Origin: a bacterium
GTDB taxonomy: Bacteria; Patescibacteriota; UBA1384; CAILIB01
Direction of reading: 5' to 3'
Length of the DNA stretch: 64,000 nucleotides
Assembly: GCA_037131105.1 (NCBI GenBank)
Contig: JBAXRQ010000001.1
Coordinates: forward strand, 258,039-322,038
Position 1 is the stretch's first letter; the number at the start of each line of letters is the position of its first letter. Of the stretch, positions 1 through 8,529 are shown piece after piece. The notes beneath the pieces were generated by a model. That model was given only the letters and a program-made list of their open reading frames with translations. It was not told where the DNA came from and searched no databases. A program made the position numbers and the translations under genes.

Positions 1-17
1 TCGTCTAGCCTACGCAT

Positions 18-413
18 ATGGAGACATATTACGATCGCGTATCTGAAAATGATCCGATTCTGCCAGCTCCTGTTGTGACGTTGCCCACCCGTCGCAAGGT
101 AATGCGGTTGTCTGACCGTATCGAACTTGGTGTGCTAGTGCTTCAATACTTGCTGATCGCCCGCATGGCACTGCTGGCTGCCGGATTCGGGAGTCTGGCG
201 CCCGCCTCAGGCTTTCTGAATATCACTGGCGTTGTGGTGCGCCCGCTGTATGCAGTGTTCCCATCTATTGTGATCGGACCCTACGTTCTTGAGCCAGCCT
301 CCGCCTTCCTATTGGTGGCTCTGAGCCTTGTCCTAGCTATTCTGACTATGGTTATAGACCGTATCCGTATGCGTCGCCGGGTACTTTCCAGGACGTTGAT
401 TCCGCATATGTAA
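18..413 (+). CDS. hypothetical small membrane protein
   Basis: 131-aa ORF with 3 predicted hydrophobic helices. No recognisable motif. Confidence 0.4.
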   Translation: METYYDRVSENDPILPAPVVTLPTRRKVMRLSDRIELGVLVLQYLLIARMALLAAGFGSLAPASGFLNITGVVVRPLYAVFPSIVIGPYVLEPASAFLLVALSLVLAILTMVIDRIRMRRRVLSRTLIPHM

Positions 414-512
414 CGTTACTGTCGTATCCAATTGTCTGGACGGTTCCGCTCCTCATCGAATCTTGGAATCGCAACAAAAATACAGGCTTTGGCGACCTGT
501 CAGGCGTATTGA

Positions 513-527
513 TGTCCCCGGCTGGAC
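513..527. repeat. partial direct copy of tRNA-Arg(TCT) 3' end (att-like repeat)
   Basis: tgtccccggctggac is repeated at 513-527 and inside the tRNA at 792-806. Confidence 0.5.
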
Positions 528-539
528 ATCTCTCGTCGC

Positions 540-690
540 TCCGCTCTCAAAGGGCCCCGCTTCGCCGCTCGAGAGGTGTTAACTCGCGAACGGCCCTTTG
601 CGCTCGCATTGCTCGCTGAACCCGCCACGGGAGAACTCCCGTTCTCCCGACCCCTCTCCCGTTCGAGTCCAGCCTTAAAAACAAAACCAG
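540..690. repeat. REP-like composite palindromic element (copy E1)
   Basis: Shares cgcttcgc, ctcgctc, GC-rich hairpins and cccgttctcccgaccc with the copies at 4770, 5065, 13680, 16515, 51170, 52525 and 57757. Confidence 0.5.
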
Positions 691-790
691 CATATGCAGG
701 GGTAAGAAAAACTTTTGAGACGTATCCCGAAGGGATACTGTAGACAGGCTCCCTTGAGTCGATCAGTTTTTGCTACCCATGCGTATGCTG
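688..790 (+). repeat. fold-back element F1 (conserved core, unique 25-bp stem)
   Basis: Arms are cagcatatgcaggggtaagaaaaac and gtttttgctacccatgcgtatgctg. The core is ttttgagacgtatcccgaagggatac...ccttgagtcgatcag. The 3' arm abuts the tRNA 3' end. Confidence 0.5.
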
Positions 791-865
791 GTGTCCCCGG
801 CTGGACTCGAACCAGCGACCTAAAGCTTAGAAGGCTTCCGCTCTATCCACCTGAGCTACGGGGAC
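789..865 (-). tRNA. tRNA-Arg (anticodon TCT)
   Basis: Minus-strand sequence GTCCCCGTAGCTCAGGTGGATAGAGCGGAAGCCTTCTAAGCTTTAGGTCGCTGGTTCGAGTCCAGCCGGGGACACCA folds as a cloverleaf with a TTCGAGT T-loop. Confidence 0.9.
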
Positions 866-984
866 ACGTGGCCCTATACTACCAGAAGTAGCCTTTCATT
901 TGTACTTGTGACCTATCACCTTTACAAAACGCCTCTAATCTGGTAAAAGTATGGACGACGTAATGAAAGCCTGAGGAGAGAGAA

Positions 985-1842
985 GTGACACCTATGGTAC
1001 CGCCGGCTAGCAAGCCAAAAGAGACACTGAAGGACCGTGTCGAAAGGCTGACACGGGAACTGCGTTTTTGTGGCGAGATGCTGCTTTTTGTTCCCCACGA
1101 GATTCAAAACGCTATGCAGCGCATAATGGGCGGTGACTCTCTCACGAGAGCCATCGTTCGTAATAACGTGGCGCACGGTGTGGCGCAGGCGGTGGAAGAG
1201 CTGCTTGCCCTGGAAGAAAAGCCGAACTCAAAGGCCGTAAGAAGCCGAATGGAGGAGGTGCTGGATTATGAGATGGAGCCGGTCTTCTCGGTTCTTGAAA
1301 TCGCCAGCCGTGCCGCAAGTTTCATTTCCGCATTCCTAAAGACCGCCCTAGCCCTCCAGGATCCGTTTTTTAAAGAGGAGTGCGAGTGCAGCGCCCAGCT
1401 CCTACTCAGCCATGCCGAGGAGATCTACGGGGGCTATGCCAATCTGACTGGGGTGAGGGTCAACTTCAAATCGGAGGCGACACAGAATGTGACGGTTGCT
1501 CCAGGAAGAATTATCTTCGCCCTTGCGACGCTTCTGGGCAATGCCATTAAGGCGGCGGCCCAGTCAGAGTCGGGGTCGGGAGAGGTCTGGCTCATTGCCA
1601 CTGATGTCGAAGGCGAGCCGAATGTTAAGGTGAGCATCGTGGACAACGGCCCCGGACTTCTTCAGGACTGGGACGGTATTATCCAGAGCGCCGGCCAGCC
1701 CGACTTTCACCGCCAGCGAGGACCGGGCGGCAGGGGACAGGGCCTCCCACTGGCTGCCCATATTGTCGGCCCGACCCTTAGACTTGTTAACAATGAGTCC
1801 GGCCCCGGTGCCAACGCCAGCTTTCTGCTTCCGGCGGCGTGA
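985..1842 (+). CDS. histidine-kinase-like ATPase (HATPase_c), cytoplasmic
   Basis: N-box LGNAIKAA, G1 box VDNGPG and G2 box GPGGRGQGL. No TM segments and no clear H-box. Confidence 0.5.
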   Translation: MTPMVPPASKPKETLKDRVERLTRELRFCGEMLLFVPHEIQNAMQRIMGGDSLTRAIVRNNVAHGVAQAVEELLALEEKPNSKAVRSRMEEVLDYEMEPVFSVLEIASRAASFISAFLKTALALQDPFFKEECECSAQLLLSHAEEIYGGYANLTGVRVNFKSEATQNVTVAPGRIIFALATLLGNAIKAAAQSESGSGEVWLIATDVEGEPNVKVSIVDNGPGLLQDWDGIIQSAGQPDFHRQRGPGGRGQGLPLAAHIVGPTLRLVNNESGPGANASFLLPAA

Positions 1843-1908
1843 ACGGCGGCGATTTAGAATTTGGAGGAAACCATATGATCGGGCGTCCCCATGAGGGGGC
1901 GCCGATTT

Positions 1909-2460
1909 TTATGCCGAAACGCTTGAGAGCAGCTCGTCCCAGCTTTCGATGCGGGTAGCTAGGCCCTCGGTATTATCACCTCGGTTGTACTTTTGTCCGA
2001 AGAGGATAAGCTTCGGGACGAGACCTTTCAGGTGCTCTAGTTTTTCTATGTCGTCGTCCACAAAGACTGCCTCCTCCTTGAGTGCTCCCTGCTTGCTGGT
2101 ATCGCGGCCGACCCCAACGCATTCACAGGTGATGTCGTGTGAGCTAAGCCACTTCCGGGCCATCTCCAGGCTCTTACCAGGACGGGAAGTGATGATCCTG
2201 ACCGTTCCCATATTCTGAAGGGCAGTGATACCTTTGATTGCCCCGGGAATTTCATTCATCGATAGTACATAGCTGGGGCTGGTGCAGGCGACTTCCTGGA
2301 CGGCCCGGTATTGGCTAAGGGAGAGCAGGTCTTTTTCCACCACTGTCCGCCCGTGCATGTCCTCGGGAGGGATCTCAACTCCGAACAGCTCTCGTGAGAC
2401 GCGGATCTTCAGTGAAGCATAGTCGGCGATGACGCCGTCGAAGTCGAGGCCGATATTCAT
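1909..2460 (-). CDS. HAD-family 5'(3')-deoxyribonucleotidase-like protein
   Basis: N-terminal DFDGV HAD motif. Size 183 aa fits the NT5C-like family. Confidence 0.5.
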   Translation of the reverse strand: MNIGLDFDGVIADYASLKIRVSRELFGVEIPPEDMHGRTVVEKDLLSLSQYRAVQEVACTSPSYVLSMNEIPGAIKGITALQNMGTVRIITSRPGKSLEMARKWLSSHDITCECVGVGRDTSKQGALKEEAVFVDDDIEKLEHLKGLVPKLILFGQKYNRGDNTEGLATRIESWDELLSSVSA

Positions 2461-2539
2461 GTGGGGGATTAGGGCTGTAGATTAAGGGTAGCAAATAGCG
2501 GGGGAGGGAGCTACGGCGGCTTTTTGCTATACTCATGAC

Positions 2540-3148
2540 ATGAACAACCCCCACGCCATAGCCGATCTCTATGACCGCTTCCTTGACGACGGCTATGCCT
2601 TGCTGGCATCTGATCCGAAGCACTACCCCCTACGCCCGGTTATGGAGCGGGTGCTACGCGACTATCCTTCCCAGATACGCGGGAAGACGGTGCTTGATCT
2701 GGGATGTGGACCTGGTCTCTTAAAAGGTATGACGGATTATGACCAGTATGCCGGGGTGGATGTGTCGCAGGACATGCTGAAGGCAGCGGCCTTGCGTGGC
2801 TACTCCGAACTGGTGCATGGGGCCCTACTCGACTTCTTGCCGACCGTGTCTGACGCGTCGTATGACTCAGTAATCTGCTTCAGCGTGGCCTACTTCCTGG
2901 ATCCGGAGGAGCTGTCTGAACTGGTGGGGCATATGCAGCGGGTGGCGGGAAGGTTCTGGCTGCTGACCTTGGACAGGATACCACCGGATCTGGCTGAGCA
3001 TTACATGGATACCGAAGGGATACGGATTTACGACCATACCGGCTTGGATATTCCCGGAGCCAAGGAACGGTTTACGGTGCCTGGGTGGAAGTCGGCCACA
3101 GACGGGAAGCAGATTCCTGTGGAAGTGGTGATAGGGGTAAGGGAATAA
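2540..3148 (+). CDS. class I SAM-dependent methyltransferase
   Basis: Motif I VLDLGCGPG. Acidic residue after beta-2. Confidence 0.55.
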   Translation: MNNPHAIADLYDRFLDDGYALLASDPKHYPLRPVMERVLRDYPSQIRGKTVLDLGCGPGLLKGMTDYDQYAGVDVSQDMLKAAALRGYSELVHGALLDFLPTVSDASYDSVICFSVAYFLDPEELSELVGHMQRVAGRFWLLTLDRIPPDLAEHYMDTEGIRIYDHTGLDIPGAKERFTVPGWKSATDGKQIPVEVVIGVRE

Positions 3149-3241
3149 GGGGCGGGCTAGAAAGCAAACATCCCGCCGCTTAGCGTACTGCCAAGAGACG
3201 GGATGCGTTGATGCGTTGGGGATTTCTACGATATGGGTTCA

Positions 3242-3646
3242 CTAATGCAGTGGGGGAAGGACCTTGGTAGTGACTGAGTGCCACGTATTGCCAATGAGTT
3301 TCTGCCGTATCACTTTCGGGAGTGTTTTTGGGTCCTGCGAGAGGTCCTTATAGCGCGTCGGCCAGTGCCGCAGCTTCATCTCCGCGTCAAACCCTGTGGG
3401 AGACAGGGCGTTCATGGGGAGAAGGACGGCAGTCTCCTTGCTGCCGGCCCTGGTAACGTTTTCCAGGACGTATACGAATGTACTTTTTGTAGGGTCTGCC
3501 TCGGATGACTTGAGGCAGGTGCCCATGAGGAAGCTTGGCTCTGCAGCCTTGGCTGGCTTTCGGGCTGGTTTGCCATTTCCGCTCTGGGCGGTAACGACGG
3601 TGAAGAACAGGGCGATTACTAGTGCCGCTCTCAAACGATAAAACAT
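3242..3646 (-). CDS. secreted hypothetical protein
   Basis: N-terminal signal peptide MFYRLRAALVIALFFTVVTAQS. Confidence 0.4.
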   Translation of the reverse strand: MFYRLRAALVIALFFTVVTAQSGNGKPARKPAKAAEPSFLMGTCLKSSEADPTKSTFVYVLENVTRAGSKETAVLLPMNALSPTGFDAEMKLRHWPTRYKDLSQDPKTLPKVIRQKLIGNTWHSVTTKVLPPLH

Positions 3647-3820
3647 GGTGCGCTCCTTTGTCGGTGGGGTCTGTAGAAATCCTTACAACGCACGGAGCGA
3701 GAGGGGGTCTCAATCCGTGCGCGGTAAGGATGCATGTCAAATTACAGGAACAGTCTACGTATATCAGTAAAGTAACTGGTGTGCAATTCGGAGGGCGCTC
3801 GCGTTCCCAGCTTCCTAAGA

Positions 3821-4708
3821 TTAGGTAAGCAACAAGCCGACAATAGAAAAGAGTATTCCGATCATCTTTCTATACGCATGGTCTCGTTCTTTCAGTAGCA
3901 GATAGCTGGCGATAAAGATAAAGACGATCTTGAACGTCGTTACTGAAGATATCAGCGATACGTTGCTGGCCAAGGAACTTGCTAGCGCGAATGTGGCAAA
4001 CTGGCCGAAGCGCAGCAGTCCAAGCCAGAATATCCCCGACGTCTCAACCCTATAGTCCACCGGTCTCGACTTCCTGATATATGGCAGGGCAAAGAGCAGC
4101 GAGGCCAGAGTTTGAATACCATAGCCAACGACAAAGTAGGAGCCGATACTGCTCCCCCTTATCGCTCCTCGTTCTGCAATGAGGGCCAGGCCCAAGACCA
4201 GGGACGCTCCGAATGCGATCCAAGTATAGGGAGAAAAGCGAAGGGTTTCCTTGCTGAACCCTTTGACTGAAACGATCACCGCGCCCAGAACCAGCAGAAT
4301 CATTCCAACGGCTTGCTGCGCCGTTAGTCCTTCATGCAGAACGATTGTCGCGCCTATAATGGTAATGGGTGTGTAGAGATTGGCGATTATCGCAAACTGG
4401 GTTGCGTCAACCTCCTTCTGGCACTTAAGCGACAAGATATTGTACAGACTTTGGAATAGTCCTGCCGCTGCCATGGTCAGGATCAGGCCTACGTTTATTC
4501 CGTTTGGAAACCAGTCTCTCTCTATGAGTGCCCATATAATGCCCAGGGGTACTATGATGGCTGCCTGGGATAGTAAGGAAGCCACGGTAGGATGAAGCTT
4601 TGTTTTCTGGGCAAAAACCCGCCGCTGCAATGAGCTGGCGGTTGCAACGATAAAGTACGCTAGTAAAACAAGTTGCCAATTACTCATGTTCATAACTATA
4701 GCAAACAA
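3821..4708 (-). CDS. EamA/DMT-family transporter
   Basis: 295 aa with about 10 TM helices and a duplicated 5-TM EamA-like architecture. Confidence 0.6.
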   Translation of the reverse strand: MFAIVMNMSNWQLVLLAYFIVATASSLQRRVFAQKTKLHPTVASLLSQAAIIVPLGIIWALIERDWFPNGINVGLILTMAAAGLFQSLYNILSLKCQKEVDATQFAIIANLYTPITIIGATIVLHEGLTAQQAVGMILLVLGAVIVSVKGFSKETLRFSPYTWIAFGASLVLGLALIAERGAIRGSSIGSYFVVGYGIQTLASLLFALPYIRKSRPVDYRVETSGIFWLGLLRFGQFATFALASSLASNVSLISSVTTFKIVFIFIASYLLLKERDHAYRKMIGILFSIVGLLLT

Positions 4709-4769
4709 TCAGCGTGAGAGTTCAGTGCTTTTGACCTCTGCGGAGTAGAGGGGGACATTTCACATGCTG

Positions 4770-4940
4770 CTTCGCCGCTTTCTGCCCGAGCGCAGAAGCG
4801 CGAGCGCATTTGAGAACCCACGGTTCTCAACGAAAGCCTTTGGCTTTCTGCTCTCCTCCACGGAAACCCTCCCCGGTTAAGTGCTTCGCACCGCTTCGCG
4901 ATCGAACCTTCCGACGTTCAAGTCCCTTCCATAATTACTG
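4770..4940. repeat. REP-like composite element (copy E2)
   Basis: Contains the gagaacccacggttctc palindrome, ctcctccacggaaaccctccccggtt and gttcaagtccc. Confidence 0.5.
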
Positions 4941-5046
4941 AAGAAACAAAGAGAGGCCCCAGAAAAATTTTGAGACGTACTCCGGATGAGTTCAGTGAGA
5001 ACCTTCCTTGAGTCGATCAGTTTTCTGGGGCCTCTCTTTGTTTCTT
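4940..5046 (+). repeat. fold-back element F2
   Basis: Perfect 26-bp arms aagaaacaaagagaggccccagaaaa / ttttctggggcctctctttgtttctt flank the conserved ttttgagacgta...ccttgagtcgatcag core. Confidence 0.5.
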
Positions 5047-5064
5047 TGGTGCGCCCGGAGGACT
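5047..5064. repeat. attL-like direct copy of tRNA-Arg(TCG) 3' end
   Basis: tggtgcgcccggaggact matches 8261-8279 (tggtgcgcccggagggact) at 18 of 19 positions. Confidence 0.55.
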
Positions 5065-5200
5065 TTCACGTCGCTTCGCTCATCGGGAACCCACGGTTCC
5101 CGACGGATTTGCTAAGGACAGATAAATCCTGCCCTCCTCCACGGAAACCCTCCCCGGTTTCCGACCCTTCGGACGTTCAAGTCCCTCCGTTCTTTGACAA
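5065..5200. repeat. REP-like composite element (copy E3)
   Basis: Contains gggaacccacggttccc and cctccacggaaaccctccccggtttccgaccc. Confidence 0.5.
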
Positions 5201-5354
5201 AGCAAAAAGAGCATCCTTGGATGCTCTTTTTGCTTTGGTGCCCTGGGTGCACCTACGTTCGAACTCTTTCTAAAATGGATTGACCATTTAAGGATGGCAT
5301 ACCTAGACGCTGACTCAGTAGAGTCATCTGAAGATACGCCATCCTAGGCAAGCA

Positions 5355-6920
5355 TTATTTCAACGAGAGCGCAAGAATAGCCTCGGTGATGCGTCCAATA
5401 CTTATCGGATCGTGCCAGTCTACTTTGGTAACTGTAATCTGATGCTTTCTCCATGCGCCAATCCCTCTCTTATGATCAGCTATTTCGTCGTCGACGGTTA
5501 TGGATGCAAAGAAGGCCCGACAAAAATATTGGCGGATGATCGGGTTGGCTTTTAAAAAGGCCTTACCAACATCCAAGCTTTGAGCCAGCGCTAAGGCCCT
5601 GTCTCTTCTACCGGTGATGATAGCTAACCGTTTTTCAGCTTCGGCTATAACTTCGGTTGCCTGCGCAATGTCTTTAGCAATTCGTTTCTGGTCTTTCTTT
5701 AATAAGACTCCCGGAACCAGTTTTTCGTAGTAAGCCTGCAGAAGATTCTCCTGGGCAACCTCAAGCTTAGTAAGTCGTTGTTTCTGCTGCTTGACGTCGT
5801 CTTCGGCATAGCGTTGTTCCTCGCGTAATTCTTCATGTATTTTTTGTGCCAACTCGATATGCTCAGTCTCAGAGAATGAGAGCTTATTGAGTGTTGTAAT
5901 TACTACCTTTTCCAGTGAGTCAGCGGGGATGTAGGGTTGCGTACAACCTGCATGCTGTCGATTTATGCAGAAAAAGTAGGAGTAACGGCGTTTCGTTATA
6001 GTATGACAAAGACGACGATTGCACCTGGCACAGATAAGGAGACCAGCAAGACAGTGGAAATGCTTGCGGTCCTTACGTCTGGAGCCAGAATGACTGAGTC
6101 TAACTGCCTGGACGGCTGCGAAGACCGCGGGAGTAACAAGCGGCTGATGGTTTCCCTTATATTCCACACCGTTATAGCTGACGTAGCCGATATAGTAGCG
6201 GTTACACAGTAGGCGAGCCAACCCGCTCCTGCTTATCGGATGAGCAGGTGAGCGGTTGGTAGCTCGCATCCGAAAGCCTCGCCTAGTGAGTTCCGTGAGG
6301 AGATGCCGATCCGTGTAATCCCCGGTGGCGTAGCGTTCAAGGGCGAAGCGTGCAAAATGAGCCCTATCCGGGTCGGGGATTACCGTGCGTATTTCTCGTC
6401 GGTTTGCTCGCTCTATCACGTTAAGGTAGCCAATCGGGGCCTGGAAGGGAGTACCACCCTGCTTGGCCTTCTCAGTCGCCCCTTTCAAGGCCTCAGCCGC
6501 TAGGTTTCCACTATAGAACTCTGCGATAGTGGCCATAATGCCGTGGAGCAGTCTGCCTGAGGGGGTTTCATCGATGTTCTCCGTAACCGAGACCAGTTGG
6601 GCTCCGCCTTTTTGAATGGCCAGGCCGATCACGACGTCGTCATGGAGATTCCTCGCTAGACGATCAAGTTTATGAACAATAACGTAGTCGAAGGCCTTTT
6701 TTTCAGAAAGATCACGAAGCAACAGTTGTAGTGCGGGTCGAGCAGCCGAGCGGGCACTTTCTCCCCGGTCAACGTATTCCCTGATACTTTTAGCTCCAAG
6801 ATCCTGAGCCTTGCGTTTGCAGGCTTCCCGCTGCGCAGGTATGGAGAACCCGTCGCGGTTGGTATTGCCCTTTGTCGCCTGGTCGAGCGTAGACACTCGA
6901 AGATAGATGGCTACTTTCAT
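5355..6920 (-). CDS. large serine recombinase (resolvase/invertase N-domain + recombinase + zinc-ribbon)
   Basis: N-terminal MKVAIYLRVSTLDQ catalytic-Ser motif. 521 aa. C-terminal Cys cluster. Confidence 0.85.
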   Translation of the reverse strand: MKVAIYLRVSTLDQATKGNTNRDGFSIPAQREACKRKAQDLGAKSIREYVDRGESARSAARPALQLLLRDLSEKKAFDYVIVHKLDRLARNLHDDVVIGLAIQKGGAQLVSVTENIDETPSGRLLHGIMATIAEFYSGNLAAEALKGATEKAKQGGTPFQAPIGYLNVIERANRREIRTVIPDPDRAHFARFALERYATGDYTDRHLLTELTRRGFRMRATNRSPAHPISRSGLARLLCNRYYIGYVSYNGVEYKGNHQPLVTPAVFAAVQAVRLSHSGSRRKDRKHFHCLAGLLICARCNRRLCHTITKRRYSYFFCINRQHAGCTQPYIPADSLEKVVITTLNKLSFSETEHIELAQKIHEELREEQRYAEDDVKQQKQRLTKLEVAQENLLQAYYEKLVPGVLLKKDQKRIAKDIAQATEVIAEAEKRLAIITGRRDRALALAQSLDVGKAFLKANPIIRQYFCRAFFASITVDDEIADHKRGIGAWRKHQITVTKVDWHDPISIGRITEAILALSLK

Positions 6921-7026
6921 AGGTGACTCCTTCCGGTAAGTTACTGGTAAGTAGCCCTACTGTAGTTGGTATTCCACCTGGTCAATAAGTCATGACATAC
7001 GTTATGCAAGCAACTAAAATGAGACA

Positions 7027-7060
7027 GTAGAAAAACAGCCCAATCGGGCTGTTTTTCTAC
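7027..7060. terminator. hairpin between fic and recombinase
   Basis: gtagaaaaacagcccaatcgggctgtttttctac. Confidence 0.4.
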
Positions 7061-7095
7061 GGCTACGAATGTCTGGAAAAGATGGAGGCCCAGCC

Positions 7096-7995
7096 CTAGT
7101 TCTTTTTTGAGGTGTCGATAAAGCCAGCGCCAATCTTCCACACTCCTTTTTCCCTAAAAGCGGGAATAGTCTGCCGGGCGGCGGCATTTAAAAGCCTCGG
7201 CAGATAGATCTCATGACTTTTTGCATACTCAGCAACGTCGACTATCTCCTCACCCTTAAGATAGGTGATCCGCCGGTGAAGCGATTCCAACAGCGCTAAG
7301 TAGAGCACGCGCTCCAAGGTATCCGTTTTCTTGGTATCCCGATAATCGTGAAACGCCCGGTAGTAGGTCTTTTTCTCCTTGTTGCGGATGATGAGGATGG
7401 GGTACCCCATGCGGAGCAACTGGTAGTTAATGAGTATACGGCCGATACGTCCATTACCGTCGTTAAATGGGTGGATCGTTTCAAAATCCAGGTGAAACTT
7501 GGCGATTCTTTCCAGGAAATAGGTGGTGTGCTCGCTGGAGTGGCCCACAAGCAGATCTTCCATTAAACGCCCTATCTGCTCTGGCGCCGGGGCGATATGG
7601 GTACCGACACGCACATATTCGCCGCTCTTCCTGAATCTTCCGGCAATCGGGTCATCGATCGTGGCAATCAGCATCTGATGGAGGAAAAGGATCAGCTCCT
7701 CGCTAAGCTCCGCCTCTTGCGACTTGTGACGCACGTATTCCATGACCCGAGCCAGGTTCTTTGCCTCGTAGACCTCGCGCAAGTCAACGTCACGGGAGAT
7801 CTCCATTTCCAAGAGGATCTTCTCCGTCTCCTTAAGAGTCAGAGTAGAGTTCTCAATGGCATTGGAGTTGTAGACGCTCTCGGGAATTTCTGATTCGTCC
7901 AGTATACTAACCAATGATTCCTTGCCAATACGAAGCAGGTCGTACTGCTTCTTACGCTCCTGTAGTATGTTTTTGAGGGGGTTGGTAGTAGGCAT
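7096..7995 (-). CDS. fic: Fic/DOC family protein (adenylyltransferase-type)
   Basis: Canonical HPFNDGNGRIGR Fic motif. Confidence 0.85.
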   Translation of the reverse strand: MPTTNPLKNILQERKKQYDLLRIGKESLVSILDESEIPESVYNSNAIENSTLTLKETEKILLEMEISRDVDLREVYEAKNLARVMEYVRHKSQEAELSEELILFLHQMLIATIDDPIAGRFRKSGEYVRVGTHIAPAPEQIGRLMEDLLVGHSSEHTTYFLERIAKFHLDFETIHPFNDGNGRIGRILINYQLLRMGYPILIIRNKEKKTYYRAFHDYRDTKKTDTLERVLYLALLESLHRRITYLKGEEIVDVAEYAKSHEIYLPRLLNAAARQTIPAFREKGVWKIGAGFIDTSKKN

Positions 7996-8014
7996 AATAT
8001 ATGACTAAAGTATA

Positions 8015-8095
8015 CAATATTCACGACGTAATGTCAATATACCGTGAATATTAGTTGTTTTCGTCATATATTCACGGTATATGCGGAGTTTCTCT
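8015..8095. promoter_or_regulatory. operator-like repeats upstream of fic
   Basis: Three copies of atattcacg, two of them forming the 14-bp inverted pair tataccgtgaatat / atattcacggtata. Confidence 0.4.
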
Positions 8096-8204
8096 TCTTT
8101 TACCTCTCATAGAGTTCGATAATAAGACTGAAAAAGTATAACCTTCAGTTTAGACCTGAACAACCCTGGTGTTAATCGAACTTTTTTAACCTGATAATTA
8201 TTAC

Positions 8205-8232
8205 AAAAGAGAGCTCGATCGAGCTCTCTTTT
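8205..8232. terminator. perfect palindrome hairpin downstream of tRNA-Arg(TCG)
   Basis: aaaagagagctcgatcgagctctctttt. Confidence 0.5.
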
Positions 8233-8260
8233 GTTGTTTCTAACCTGTCAACTTAACATT

Positions 8261-8337
8261 TGGTGCGCCCGGAGGGACTTGAACCCCCGGCCTTCTGGTT
8301 CGAAGCCAGACGCTCTATCCAACTGAGCTACAGGCGC
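8261..8337 (-). tRNA. tRNA-Arg (anticodon TCG)
   Basis: Cloverleaf GCGCCTGTAGCTCAGTTGGATAGAGCGTCTGGCTTCGAACCAGAAGGCCGGGGGTTCAAGTCCCTCCGGGCGCACCA. Confidence 0.9.
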
Positions 8338-8529
8338 GAGTGAGGAACTGGCTGCCAAGCTTGCTTGGTCAGGTAGGTCCGAGCGAGTGCCTGCGTCACG
8401 TAGTGACGCGGCGCGAAGTGCTATGTATTCACCTCGCCTTCTCGACGGCCTTTACAATACCAGAACTACTCCTATTTCTCCAGGGGATGCATCTGATATA
8501 CTGGAGCTTGTCTTACCTATCCGCTCCCT

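Larger units (their letters stand above)
5047..8279. mobile_element. ~3.2-kb integrated mini-island at tRNA-Arg(TCG) (serine recombinase + Fic cargo)
   Basis: Bounded by direct repeats of the tRNA 3' end. Contains a recombinase, a Fic gene and REP copy E3. Confidence 0.5.

Noticed and set aside
4700-5350. Possible CRISPR array, because of repeated GC-rich palindromes
   Set aside because: Repeats are irregularly spaced, heterogeneous in length and dispersed genome-wide (REP-like). There is no regular repeat-spacer periodicity and no cas genes.
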